Shown here one piece after another: positions 20,114 to 29,707 of a DNA stretch of 64,000 nt. This DNA is from Spirochaetia bacterium (GTDB lineage: Bacteria; Spirochaetota; Spirochaetia; DSM-27196; Salinispiraceae): assembly GCA_038204425.1 (NCBI GenBank), contig JBBRCZ010000001.1:480001-544000 (forward strand), given 5' to 3'. The translations under genes were made by a program, and so were the position numbers. The notes beneath the pieces were generated by a model. It was given only the letters and a program-made list of their open reading frames with translations, was not told where the DNA came from and did not search any database. Position 1 is the first letter of the stretch, and each line of letters starts with the position of its first letter.

Positions 20114-21697
20114 ATGCAATGGAAAAATGAATTTGCGCGTCGCAGCGAAGAAGAAGAAATAAAAGACCATGGCTTAACCCTGGACTTTGAAGAAATAGCC
20201 CGTCGCGGAACAATGAGCAAAGAAGAGAAGCTAATCGGAAAATGGTATGGTGTCTATGCATCTCGTCATCCCGGTAATCATATGGCACGTATCGTTATCC
20301 CGGGCGGAGTGATGTCGACAACTCAGGCGCGCAACATTGCCAATGTTGCCGAAAATCATGGGCAAGGCAGACTAAACATAACTACTCGTCAGGCTATTCA
20401 GTTTCATTGGCTAAAAGTTGGTGCTTTACCTGATATGTTTCGCGAACTTTCCGAAGAAGGAAATACTACTTTTCACGGTTGCGGTGACGTAGCGCGTGCA
20501 GTGGCGGCCTGTCCTCTGGCAGAAACTTGTGAGTATCGCCGCATCAATGTTAGACCCTGGGCAATACGAACCCAGAAAGCACTCAATGGCTACCGAGATC
20601 TCGACAACTTGCCTCGTAAGTTTAAGGTAACCTTCTCTGGCTGCCAAGCTGGTTGCGCTCAACCGCACATGAACTGTGTCGGTAATATCGCCGTGCAACG
20701 TAAAGCTGCCGATGGTGAAAATCAAGTGGGTTTTGAAGTTGTTATAGGTGGCGGAATGGGTTGGCAAGCCTTTGTGGCTCAAAGGCTATTTAGCTTTGTT
20801 CCAGAAGATCAGATCATTCAAATCAATCGTGCAATTGCCCTACTCTATCGAGACCATGGTGATCGCTATAATCGTCAAAAGTCGCGGCTCAAATTTGTCG
20901 TGGATCGACTCGGAATCGACGAATGCCGCACTATCGTGCTTAAATTCCTCACAGGCGAAGAAGTTGACATTAGTCAGCTTTCCTGGGAAGATTTTAAGGA
21001 GACTGGTCCAGCATTCCCAGAGCGCCCGTTGGCACAAGATGTAAGCATTGGCACTGATGGGAAGGCCGTGGTACGCGCCATGATCAACCTTGGAGAGCTG
21101 GACCATCGCCAGCTTAGAGCACTGGCGGAAATCGCCGATGTCTATGCTGATCAAAAACTGTACACTACCAATCGCCAAAATATTGAGATCCACGGTGTTG
21201 AGCCGCAAAAGGTTGAAGCCGTTCAAATAGCGATTAAGGCGCTTGGCTTTGAAACTGACGGTTTTTACTCGCTTAAAGACATGGTACCCTGTGTAGGTAC
21301 CACTTACTGCCCTAAAGCAGTGGGAACGACCCGTGATGTTTATGATCTACTGCAACCCTTGGTTAGGCAAAAAAAGTATGATGCAATCCAAAAATCAGCC
21401 ATCATCAACATAACAGGATGCCCCAACTCTTGCTCTCCTTATCGAATAAGCGACATTGGCTTTAGAGGCATGCGCATCCGCGAAGATCAAGGATCCGTAG
21501 AAGGCTTTGAAGTACTCTTGGGTGGCGATCAAAAAAAACATGGACAGAAACTTGGCGAGTTTAAGACAAGTGATCTCTACCAAGTGGTTGAGACGGTTCT
21601 TGACACCTTTGTTTCCTTACGCAATGAGAACGAGACCCTGACGCACGCCGTAAATCGCGTGGGAATGGAACCCTTTGAAAAGGCGGTTTTTTCATGA
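20114..21697 (+). CDS. Siroheme sulfite/nitrite reductase hemoprotein (Sir/NirA-like)
   Basis: TTRQAIQ, LPRKFK, and two CX5C...GCX3C sets (CPLAETC/SGCQAGC and CVGTTYC/TGCPNSC). The cys-operon context points to sulfite. Confidence 0.9.
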   Translation: MQWKNEFARRSEEEEIKDHGLTLDFEEIARRGTMSKEEKLIGKWYGVYASRHPGNHMARIVIPGGVMSTTQARNIANVAENHGQGRLNITTRQAIQFHWLKVGALPDMFRELSEEGNTTFHGCGDVARAVAACPLAETCEYRRINVRPWAIRTQKALNGYRDLDNLPRKFKVTFSGCQAGCAQPHMNCVGNIAVQRKAADGENQVGFEVVIGGGMGWQAFVAQRLFSFVPEDQIIQINRAIALLYRDHGDRYNRQKSRLKFVVDRLGIDECRTIVLKFLTGEEVDISQLSWEDFKETGPAFPERPLAQDVSIGTDGKAVVRAMINLGELDHRQLRALAEIADVYADQKLYTTNRQNIEIHGVEPQKVEAVQIAIKALGFETDGFYSLKDMVPCVGTTYCPKAVGTTRDVYDLLQPLVRQKKYDAIQKSAIINITGCPNSCSPYRISDIGFRGMRIREDQGSVEGFEVLLGGDQKKHGQKLGEFKTSDLYQVVETVLDTFVSLRNENETLTHAVNRVGMEPFEKAVFS

Positions 21698-23550
21698 ACT
21701 ACAGCTACCGCAAGGCTGCCAATCCAACTGAGTACTCGGTTATCGAAGGCTTGGGACTGAGCAGCAAAGATCAAAAAACAATTGCTAAAGATATACCATG
21801 CCAAGCCGCATGTCCTGCCAAAACCAATGTGCCGGGCTACATCGAGCAAATAGCCAAGGGCAACTTTGATGCGGCCTACCGAATCAATCTAGAAGACAAT
21901 GTATTTCCCGGGGTTTTAGGACGAATTTGTACGCGACCTTGTGAAGACGCTTGTCGCCATAAATGGACCAACACCAACGGGCCAGTGCAGATATGTCATC
22001 TAAAACGAACCGGTGCCGATCACCACCAAGAAAAAGTTGAGCCATTGCCATCGTGGTTTGATACAACAGAAAAATCAGTTGCCATAGTCGGCGCCGGTCC
22101 TTGTGGTCTTGCGGCAGCGAGGGAGCTGCGCCGTTATGGACACCAAGTCACCATTTTTGAGAAAGGCACTTACGCAGGCGGCATGATGGTCGATGGCATA
22201 CCACGCTTTAGGTTGCCAATAGAAACGGTTCGTAGCGAAATTGATCTAATTATAGCAAGCGGTATTGATTTGCGCTTGGGTCAATCAATAGATGCAAAAA
22301 AAATTAGAGAATTGGAAAAATTCTACGATGCGGTTCTTATTGCCACCGGCACCACACTGCCTCGTCTTTTGGAATTTGATACCACTTTTGAAACCAATAA
22401 GGGTGCCAAAAACGATCAAATCATTTCTGGTCTAGAATTTATGAAGTCTTACAATGACGGTGAAATTCACCACATCGAAGGTGATGTGGTAGTCATTGGT
22501 GGTGGATTTACTGCGGTTGACTGTGCGCGCGCATGTGCTCGAGCGGCCAAGCGCATTATCGGTGAGGGTGGCAATGTTTCAATAATGTATCGCCGAACCG
22601 AACATCACATGGCAGCAGAGCTCGAAGAGATGGAAGAAATCAAGCTCGAAAACATTGAAGTGAGAACGCTAGTTTCTCCACTTGGTTTCGTAGTTGAAGA
22701 TGGCCGGATCAGTGGGGTTCGACTTGTGCGCAATAAAATTGTTCAAGCTGGTGCCGCAAGCAAACCGGGCATTGTTGCTATCGAAGGGAGCGAATTTATT
22801 CAGCCTTGCCACACCGTGATTGTGGCCATAGGCCAAGAACAAGATTTTTCGATACTTCCAGAAGGTATAAGGGCTGGCCAAGGCCAAGTTAGCACCAATG
22901 CCAAGGTATTTTTTGCAGGCGAATTTCTGACAGGCTCTAGCGACGTAATTCATGTAGTAGCCGAAGGCAAAGCTGTTGCCGACGAAATTGACCGTAGCCT
23001 AACTGGGTTAGTGCGTAAAAAGAAGCACGTCGCTATCCAAGTTGTAAATGATATGGGTGACGGTGAAACCGGGCGCCATAGAGCCCATGATCAACAAAGC
23101 CTAGCACCACTAAAGATCGCATCACTGCCTTTTCGCATTGATGCAAAAATAGAAGTCGAACAAGGAATACAAATAGACCAAATAGATACTGCTGCTACTC
23201 GCTGTTATTTGTGCAACTACAAATTTAGTATCGACAATGACAAGTGTATTCACTGCGACTGGTGCATTGAAGTTGCACCTCGCGATTGTATCAAAAAAAT
23301 TAGCATGGTCTTTAACGACGACGACGGATTTGTGAAGGACTATGTCGAAACGGACGTGTCGTCACGAGCAACATTTATACATATAGATTCAGACGAGTGT
23401 ATACGCTGTGGAAAGTGCTTGAGAGTCTGCCCAACTGGGGCCATCACCATGCGAAGAGCGGACCTAGTCGATTGCATTAGTACTGATTCTCAAAAAACAG
23501 CGAGCCCTGAGGGCTGGAAGCCACTAAGTATCGGTCTATTGAAGCGATAG
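21694..23550 (+). CDS. GltD/DsrL/NfnB-like FAD/NAD(P)H Fe-S oxidoreductase with a C-terminal ferredoxin domain
   Basis: PCQAACP, GRICTRPCEDAC, GAGPCG, GGGFTAVD, YRR, RCYLC, CIHCDWC, CIRCGKCLRVCP. ATGA overlap with the reductase. Confidence 0.88.
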   Translation: MNYSYRKAANPTEYSVIEGLGLSSKDQKTIAKDIPCQAACPAKTNVPGYIEQIAKGNFDAAYRINLEDNVFPGVLGRICTRPCEDACRHKWTNTNGPVQICHLKRTGADHHQEKVEPLPSWFDTTEKSVAIVGAGPCGLAAARELRRYGHQVTIFEKGTYAGGMMVDGIPRFRLPIETVRSEIDLIIASGIDLRLGQSIDAKKIRELEKFYDAVLIATGTTLPRLLEFDTTFETNKGAKNDQIISGLEFMKSYNDGEIHHIEGDVVVIGGGFTAVDCARACARAAKRIIGEGGNVSIMYRRTEHHMAAELEEMEEIKLENIEVRTLVSPLGFVVEDGRISGVRLVRNKIVQAGAASKPGIVAIEGSEFIQPCHTVIVAIGQEQDFSILPEGIRAGQGQVSTNAKVFFAGEFLTGSSDVIHVVAEGKAVADEIDRSLTGLVRKKKHVAIQVVNDMGDGETGRHRAHDQQSLAPLKIASLPFRIDAKIEVEQGIQIDQIDTAATRCYLCNYKFSIDNDKCIHCDWCIEVAPRDCIKKISMVFNDDDGFVKDYVETDVSSRATFIHIDSDECIRCGKCLRVCPTGAITMRRADLVDCISTDSQKTASPEGWKPLSIGLLKR

Positions 23551-23678
23551 AGCGGAATCTGTCAAGTATATTTTTTAGAAATTGCACTTTTTGTGACTTT
23601 TAGTCTGGTGACCAGTGCTGGGTTGACCTATCATTTAAGCGTAACTATAAAATAGCTATCACTACTTGGAGACTTTCA

Positions 23679-25802
23679 GTGAATCTCAGCATAAAAACAA
23701 AGTTCTTTACTGCCATAGTTCTTGTCGTGACAATCTCTGCAACCGTTTTCTATTTTTCCGAATCAACGGCCGTCACTCGTATTGAAGAACTTGGCAATTT
23801 AGCCAATCTTCAAAACAAAGACACTTCAGCAAAAGATTTGGCACACGATATCCAGGTGCAGCTTGCTCAATTGAGTGAGACCTACGCGTTAGCTTCGCAA
23901 AGCGACCAGGAGCAAAAGCTATCGATAGATGCTAAACAATATTTGGATACCAGCTCAGAAGGCTTATCGGCTTTAGCTAGTTACGCTGCCGGTCTTGAAG
24001 AAAGAAACAAGCGTTTGCTTGCCTTTGAACAGCAAAGCTCTATTTTGATTGCTCAAATAATCCATGGAGAAGCAAACCCAGATTCTGGATTAAGCACTTT
24101 TGTAAAAAACACGATACAGGAAAGACAACTATTTTGGATGCTTGGACTTGGCGCTGCACTAGTGATCTTGCTCATAGGTTTTGTGCTTGCACATAAGGCA
24201 AGCAGTTCTCTGCGAGCAACTATTGCTGCAGCCCAGCAACTCACTAACAAAACCAGCAATCTAGATAGCCGGTTGCCAGTATTCGCACAAGATGAAACGG
24301 CCAAGATCGCCACTGGCTTCAACAATTTTTTGGACAAGATGCAAGGTCTGCTTGCTTCTATCGTTTCCACCGTCAAAAAAAGCCAGCAACTCGGTATTCA
24401 TCTCTCCAAATCCTCTAGGGCTTCGGCTGAGACTATAAGACAAGTCAAAGACAGCATTCAAAGCATTCGCTCGGAGGTATTTAAACTTGATGATGACGTG
24501 TCTAGCTCATCAAGCGCTGTCGAAGAAATAATGGCCTCGGTGCATAGCCTTGCCTCTCAAGTAGAAAACCAATTTCAAGCCATAGAAAGCTCAAGTTCCT
24601 CAATCGAACAAATAATGGCCTCAGTCGCCAGCGTTGCAAACATCGCTAGTTCTCGGACCCAAACCATGGAAAATCTCGTCAGGATGATTAGAGATGGCAC
24701 TGATAAGGTAAGTTCAACCAACGCTATTATTTTCCAAATTTTATCTGATACTGACAACATGATGGAAATGGTCGACATAATAAATGGTGTGGCGCGTCAA
24801 ACCAATCTCTTGGCCATGAACGCGTCCATAGAAGCGGCTCACGCAGGTGAAGCAGGCAAAGGCTTTGCTGTAGTAGCCGACGAAGTACGCAAGTTAGCAG
24901 AAGATACTGCTGTTAACGCTGCCATGATTGGACAGTCCCTAAAATCAGTTACTCAAAGAATCAAGGAAGCTGGAACTGCCGGTTCGGCGAGTCAACAGTC
25001 ACTTGGGGCAATCAACAATGAAGTCAATGAATTTTCTTCTACATTGCAGGAAGTGAGCCTCTCGATGAATGAATTGTCGCTGGCAAGCACTGAGATTTTA
25101 CATTCGATCGAAACATTGGTTCTTACCAGCCAACAGGTGCGAGATTCTTCCAACGAGATGGGCATTGGCAGCAACGACATATTAAGATCTATTCAAAGCC
25201 TTAAAGAAGTCTCGGCAAATACTTTGCTGAGTGTTGATAATTTGGTAGTACTGTCAGAAACCCTTGAAAAATTATCGTTGCAAGTCTCTTCTTTTGGCAA
25301 CCAAAGCCAGTTTAACAGCTCTATTCTGGTTAAGGAAATAGCATTAATTACCAAGGCCGACACAACTATAGACGTCAACGTCACTTCTTCGGTTGGAATC
25401 GATTGGTCGGACATATTATCGGTAGGCATAGCAAGTATGGATGGAGAACACAAAGAATTATTTTTGCGGATCAACAATCTGCTAAAAGCTCTACTGGAGG
25501 GAAACCAACCAGCCAGAATTGAGGAACTCGTAAGCTTTATAACACAATACGTCGACATCCATTTTGGCAATGAAGAAAGTCTTATGGCCAGCTACAAGTA
25601 TCCAAAATTGGCCGAGCACGCAAAGCTCCATGAACACTTTAAGCAGGAGTTTAATGCGGTAATTGACAGACTTAAGAAGGAAGGTATGTCGGCCGTTCTT
25701 TTGATAGAAATTCAAGACAAAGTTGTTCAGTGGCTCTTAGATCATATAGCCAAAGTTGACAAACAATACGGAGACTTTATTGAGCAGGTGAAGGCCGGTT
25801 AA
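23679..25802 (+). CDS. Methyl-accepting chemotaxis protein with a C-terminal hemerythrin domain
   Basis: Two TMs, [39 protein letters not shown]. Hemerythrin ligands EHKELF, HFGNEE, HAKLH, HI...D. Confidence 0.93.
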   Translation: MNLSIKTKFFTAIVLVVTISATVFYFSESTAVTRIEELGNLANLQNKDTSAKDLAHDIQVQLAQLSETYALASQSDQEQKLSIDAKQYLDTSSEGLSALASYAAGLEERNKRLLAFEQQSSILIAQIIHGEANPDSGLSTFVKNTIQERQLFWMLGLGAALVILLIGFVLAHKASSSLRATIAAAQQLTNKTSNLDSRLPVFAQDETAKIATGFNNFLDKMQGLLASIVSTVKKSQQLGIHLSKSSRASAETIRQVKDSIQSIRSEVFKLDDDVSSSSSAVEEIMASVHSLASQVENQFQAIESSSSSIEQIMASVASVANIASSRTQTMENLVRMIRDGTDKVSSTNAIIFQILSDTDNMMEMVDIINGVARQTNLLAMNASIEAAHAGEAGKGFAVVADEVRKLAEDTAVNAAMIGQSLKSVTQRIKEAGTAGSASQQSLGAINNEVNEFSSTLQEVSLSMNELSLASTEILHSIETLVLTSQQVRDSSNEMGIGSNDILRSIQSLKEVSANTLLSVDNLVVLSETLEKLSLQVSSFGNQSQFNSSILVKEIALITKADTTIDVNVTSSVGIDWSDILSVGIASMDGEHKELFLRINNLLKALLEGNQPARIEELVSFITQYVDIHFGNEESLMASYKYPKLAEHAKLHEHFKQEFNAVIDRLKKEGMSAVLLIEIQDKVVQWLLDHIAKVDKQYGDFIEQVKAG

Positions 25803-25834
25803 AACTGATCTCAAGGTTGTGAGCCTCTTTTATG

Positions 25835-26134
25835 CTAGGTCTGCTTTCTTTTAGGTTTGCTGCGTTGATCGCCAAAGTATTTCTCACTTCGATAGCGAAG
25901 CCAAACCCGTAGCACCTGCGGTATTAGGTCTTTTTCTGGCTTGCTCAAAGTTTCATAAAGCTTAAGCGCTCGTTCACGTTCGGTACGACAGGCCAAATTG
26001 TTATGGGCATCCCAGTTTGTGCGCGCGAGTCGAATCAAGCGACATACTTCTTTGATGAGAGCGCCCCGATCTTGTATTTGGGTCGACTTGGGTGAGCTTA
26101 TTTTCTTCGCCTGATTTTCTAAGTTGTCTGACAC
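25835..26134 (-). CDS. Small conserved hypothetical protein
   Basis: 99 aa with the motif EVCRLIRLAR..WDAHNN.ACR.ER..AL.LY.TL....IPQ.LRVWLRYRSEKYFG. Confidence 0.75.
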   Translation of the reverse strand: MSDNLENQAKKISSPKSTQIQDRGALIKEVCRLIRLARTNWDAHNNLACRTERERALKLYETLSKPEKDLIPQVLRVWLRYRSEKYFGDQRSKPKRKQT

Positions 26135-26238
26135 AAGTACCTTTTTGCCATCCCGATTGCTGGCGCTTGGCTAGCGCTCCAACCTTGCAAGAAGTATAAC
26201 ATTATGCACAGTGGCTGTCTTTTACTTTTTCAAAACGA

Positions 26239-29200
26239 TTGACCGCGTTAGTTTGGGCAGGTATTATGATGGCCCGCATGCCCAGTTCTACAAGCCTCGA
26301 CTTAGTTAAAAAACACGGTAAGCTAATCAAGCTCAAAGCTGCCTGCCAACTCTGGCAAAATCGTAGGGTGTATCGCATACAAGCCATTCATGGCTCTTTC
26401 CAGGCCTTGGTCTTAGATGACACCGTCCTACCACACCAAGTGCATTGGCAGGAAAACAAAAATCAAGTTACTTTTGACTGCGACTGCAAGACCTATGGTG
26501 AGTTGCCTTGTAAGCATGTCTGGGCACTTTTGTTTGAGCTAAGACAGCGGTCAGCACTCGTTTCTCCAGTCTTCAAGAACTTGATTGGTGCATATTTGGA
26601 ACAAAGGAACGTCGCCGGCACGTTGCCTGGACGTGAATTCCTTCGCACACGTTCTCTATTTGAACATCAAACTAGCACACCTGCTTCGCATCAGCTTTCT
26701 CTTTTTGACCAAGATGAATCAGCAGAACCAAGTCAAGCGCCCCTTCTTACTAATGTTTTGATAGCTCAGACCTCAGCTCTGGCCTCCAGCAGTACTCTGC
26801 GAAGTAAAGTAGCAAATCCGATTCAAACGCGAACAGTTGCTATTGTACGTCCGGCACTTGCGCATCGCAATGAACTTTCGCTTGAGTTTGGAGAAGAAGT
26901 CTGTGACCAAGAGCGTTTTGAACCGATGCCACAATGGATAGAAGACTTGATTGGTCATGCCAAGTCCTCGGCGGTTCCACTAGTTAGGTTATTTGACTGC
27001 CATTATCAAAGGGTCTCGCGTTCTGCTGAACAAACACCAAGTGATCTTGCGGAACTATCTTACTGGCTCCGAACTGAAAGCCGCCGTCCCATCAACATCA
27101 GTATCTTAAGCGGCCTGAAGCTTAGGGGACGATTGGTTAAGACCCAAAACGATGCAATTTTTCCGTCTCAGTCAAGCCCCAGGATGCGCTACGTCTTTGA
27201 ATGTGCTGCCAATGGACAAGCTCAATTTGACGCGCTTAGCTTGTGGTCAGCCGAAAGCGATTGGCTCTACCACTACCAGAGCAAGGATCGCCAGCTACTA
27301 ATTCTGCGTCACCCACAAGCCGCTTCCTGGTGGCGCAGTCAAAGCAATCAAGGCTACGACTACAGTTTAGAACAATTGGCTGTTGCAGCAGAGTACGCCA
27401 GCAAAACTTGCTCAGATGTAATCAGCTTTGAGCTGCCAACACACTTGCCGGTTAAACTCTTGCACCTCAATCCACGTCCAATCTTAAGTCTCGGCACAAG
27501 CTCAGACAGGACCGAAATCTCACTTTCCTTTGCTTATGGAAACCAAGAAGTCAACCTTCGTGATGAACGAGAGGTAATAGCCGAAGCAAGTAAAGATCAA
27601 GATTCCGAAGACAATCAAGTCCAAGCAGCTTACTGGCGCAAGAGAGACCAAGAACAAACTCATCTGGGTCGCTTACGTAGCTTGGTAGACGATATTTTGC
27701 TTTTTGAGGGAGGTCTGTATGCAAGTTTACTTAGCCATAGCCCTGTCGCCGATCTCAGCCTAAGTTTGAGCTTTAAAGACTTTGTTCTCGAGCGCGGTCA
27801 AGAGCTCATGCAAGACGGTTTTGAACTGCGCTATGAGGGGCGAAGAATGAACACAAGTTCTGGATTGGCCTTTAAAGCCGAGCATGGCATAGACTGGTTT
27901 GGCCTGCGCACCGTATGGAAGAAAGAAGGACACAGCCTCGGTCTAACTTTGCTCAACGACCCGCAAAGCTTCAAAAGCGGCCTATCACGAGGTCAGGATC
28001 CAGAAGGTAACGAGTGCTGGATAGTTATGGGCAAGAACGATTTAGAACGCTTGCGTGTGCTAAGCGAAATGGGAATGGACAAAAACGGGCTCTTGCATAC
28101 CAGCCCTGTCAATATTTCTTTGATAAACAGCTTCTATCAAGAAGTAGAAAATCAAGATCATCACAGCATCGTAAGTGCTAGGCAGCTTTGTCTCAGTCTA
28201 GAAGAACTAAGAACCAAGATGGATGGGGAAGACTTTTCTTCATTACCTTTTGAAGTGCCGCAGGGGCTTAAAGCGCAACTGCGCCCCTACCAGCTTGCTG
28301 GCTACAACTGGCTACGCCTTTTACATCAAAACCAAGTTGGTGCTTGTTTAGCCGACGATATGGGACTTGGCAAGACGATCCAGACTATTGCACTACTTCT
28401 ATCACTTAAGGAACAAAACAATCTTGGACCCAGCATCCTAATTGCACCAGTGGTAACCATTCCAAACTGGGAAGACGAAATACTGCGTTTTGCACCGAGC
28501 CTAAGCATACGACGACATGGCGGCAGTGATCGTTTGCGAAGCGTGGAAGAGCTTTTGAGCCAGGACTCCAAAAGTGGCCAGCCCCCAGATTTGATTCTGA
28601 CCAGCTATCACACCTTGCGCAACGACCTGCACATCTTTGTCAAACATCAATGGGACTATCTAATTTTGGACGAGGCTCACTATATCAAGAACGCTAGCAG
28701 TCAACTCTTTAAAGCTGTTAAGGTGCTTCCAAGCAAGCATCGTTTGTCTTTAACCGGCACGCCGCTAGAAAACTCAACCCTAGAACTATGGAGTCAATTT
28801 AGTTTTCTCAATCCGGGTTTACTTGGAATACGCAGAAAGTTTGCCAGCGAATTTGCCCAAAGGATCGAAAAAGATGCCGATGAAGAGTCTTTGGAAATGC
28901 TTAGATCAACAGTCGCTCCATTTATACTTCGGAGGCGAAAACAAGACGTGCTGCATGACCTGCCTCCCAAAGAAGAAATTATCTTTAGAACGGAGATGGC
29001 AAGTCAACAAGCAGAACTCTACGAGAAGCATCGTGAAACATTTAGGCAAGAACTGGAAGGGGTAATTGACCAGAAAGGTCTCCAACATAGCCGCATGGAT
29101 GTCTTGCGTGCGATGCTGCGCTTGCGTCAAATTGCTATTCATCCAGCAATGGTAAAAGGCCCTGATGGCTTGCATCCCTATGCCAACGTCCCTTCTTGCA

Positions 29201-29700
29201 AGCTTGATGCATTGAGTATGCTACTAGACGAAAGCGTTGACGAGGGGCATAAAACGCTCGTTTTCTCTCAGTTTGTTTCAGCGCTCAACTTAATTGCAGC
29301 TCAACTGGATAGCACCAAATGCCCGTATGCGCTTTTGACAGGCGCAACAAAGGATAGACGGGCGGAGGTTGAGTCATTTAGAAACGATGCCCGGTTAAAT
29401 GTATTTCTTTTGTCGCTCAAAGCCGGGGGAGTTGGCATAAATCTAACCAAAGCTGACAATGTGGTGCTATTTGATCCATGGTGGAATCCAGCTGCTGAAC
29501 GCCAAGCAGTAGACCGAGCACACCGCATGGGCCAACGCAACCCGGTAGTTGTCTACAAGTTTATTACCTCAGGAACCATAGAAGAAAAGATTGTCCAACT
29601 ACAAGAACGCAAACATCTCTTAATTGGGTCCTTGATTGCTGGTGACCAAGTCTTTGCTTCCAATTTAAATGGTGAAGACGTACTAAACCTCTTCACTTAG
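26239..29700 (+). CDS. SWIM zinc-finger SNF2-family helicase
   Basis: CDC...CKH SWIM, LRPYQ, LADDMGLGKT, DEAH, LTGTPLEN, LVFSQF, DRAHRMGQ. Start uncertain. Confidence 0.93.
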   Translation: MTALVWAGIMMARMPSSTSLDLVKKHGKLIKLKAACQLWQNRRVYRIQAIHGSFQALVLDDTVLPHQVHWQENKNQVTFDCDCKTYGELPCKHVWALLFELRQRSALVSPVFKNLIGAYLEQRNVAGTLPGREFLRTRSLFEHQTSTPASHQLSLFDQDESAEPSQAPLLTNVLIAQTSALASSSTLRSKVANPIQTRTVAIVRPALAHRNELSLEFGEEVCDQERFEPMPQWIEDLIGHAKSSAVPLVRLFDCHYQRVSRSAEQTPSDLAELSYWLRTESRRPINISILSGLKLRGRLVKTQNDAIFPSQSSPRMRYVFECAANGQAQFDALSLWSAESDWLYHYQSKDRQLLILRHPQAASWWRSQSNQGYDYSLEQLAVAAEYASKTCSDVISFELPTHLPVKLLHLNPRPILSLGTSSDRTEISLSFAYGNQEVNLRDEREVIAEASKDQDSEDNQVQAAYWRKRDQEQTHLGRLRSLVDDILLFEGGLYASLLSHSPVADLSLSLSFKDFVLERGQELMQDGFELRYEGRRMNTSSGLAFKAEHGIDWFGLRTVWKKEGHSLGLTLLNDPQSFKSGLSRGQDPEGNECWIVMGKNDLERLRVLSEMGMDKNGLLHTSPVNISLINSFYQEVENQDHHSIVSARQLCLSLEELRTKMDGEDFSSLPFEVPQGLKAQLRPYQLAGYNWLRLLHQNQVGACLADDMGLGKTIQTIALLLSLKEQNNLGPSILIAPVVTIPNWEDEILRFAPSLSIRRHGGSDRLRSVEELLSQDSKSGQPPDLILTSYHTLRNDLHIFVKHQWDYLILDEAHYIKNASSQLFKAVKVLPSKHRLSLTGTPLENSTLELWSQFSFLNPGLLGIRRKFASEFAQRIEKDADEESLEMLRSTVAPFILRRRKQDVLHDLPPKEEIIFRTEMASQQAELYEKHRETFRQELEGVIDQKGLQHSRMDVLRAMLRLRQIAIHPAMVKGPDGLHPYANVPSCKLDALSMLLDESVDEGHKTLVFSQFVSALNLIAAQLDSTKCPYALLTGATKDRRAEVESFRNDARLNVFLLSLKAGGVGINLTKADNVVLFDPWWNPAAERQAVDRAHRMGQRNPVVVYKFITSGTIEEKIVQLQERKHLLIGSLIAGDQVFASNLNGEDVLNLFT

Positions 29701-29707
29701 TCAAAAA

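Noticed and set aside
21694..23550. Calling this gene gltD, the partner of gltB
   Set aside because: It is 17 kb from gltB, has an extra C-terminal ferredoxin domain and is coupled to the sulfite reductase. The true gltD probably follows gltB outside the window.
26239..29700. SNF2 helicase as part of an anti-phage system
   Set aside because: The standalone SWIM-SNF2 architecture is widespread, and no methylase, nuclease or other defence genes flank it.
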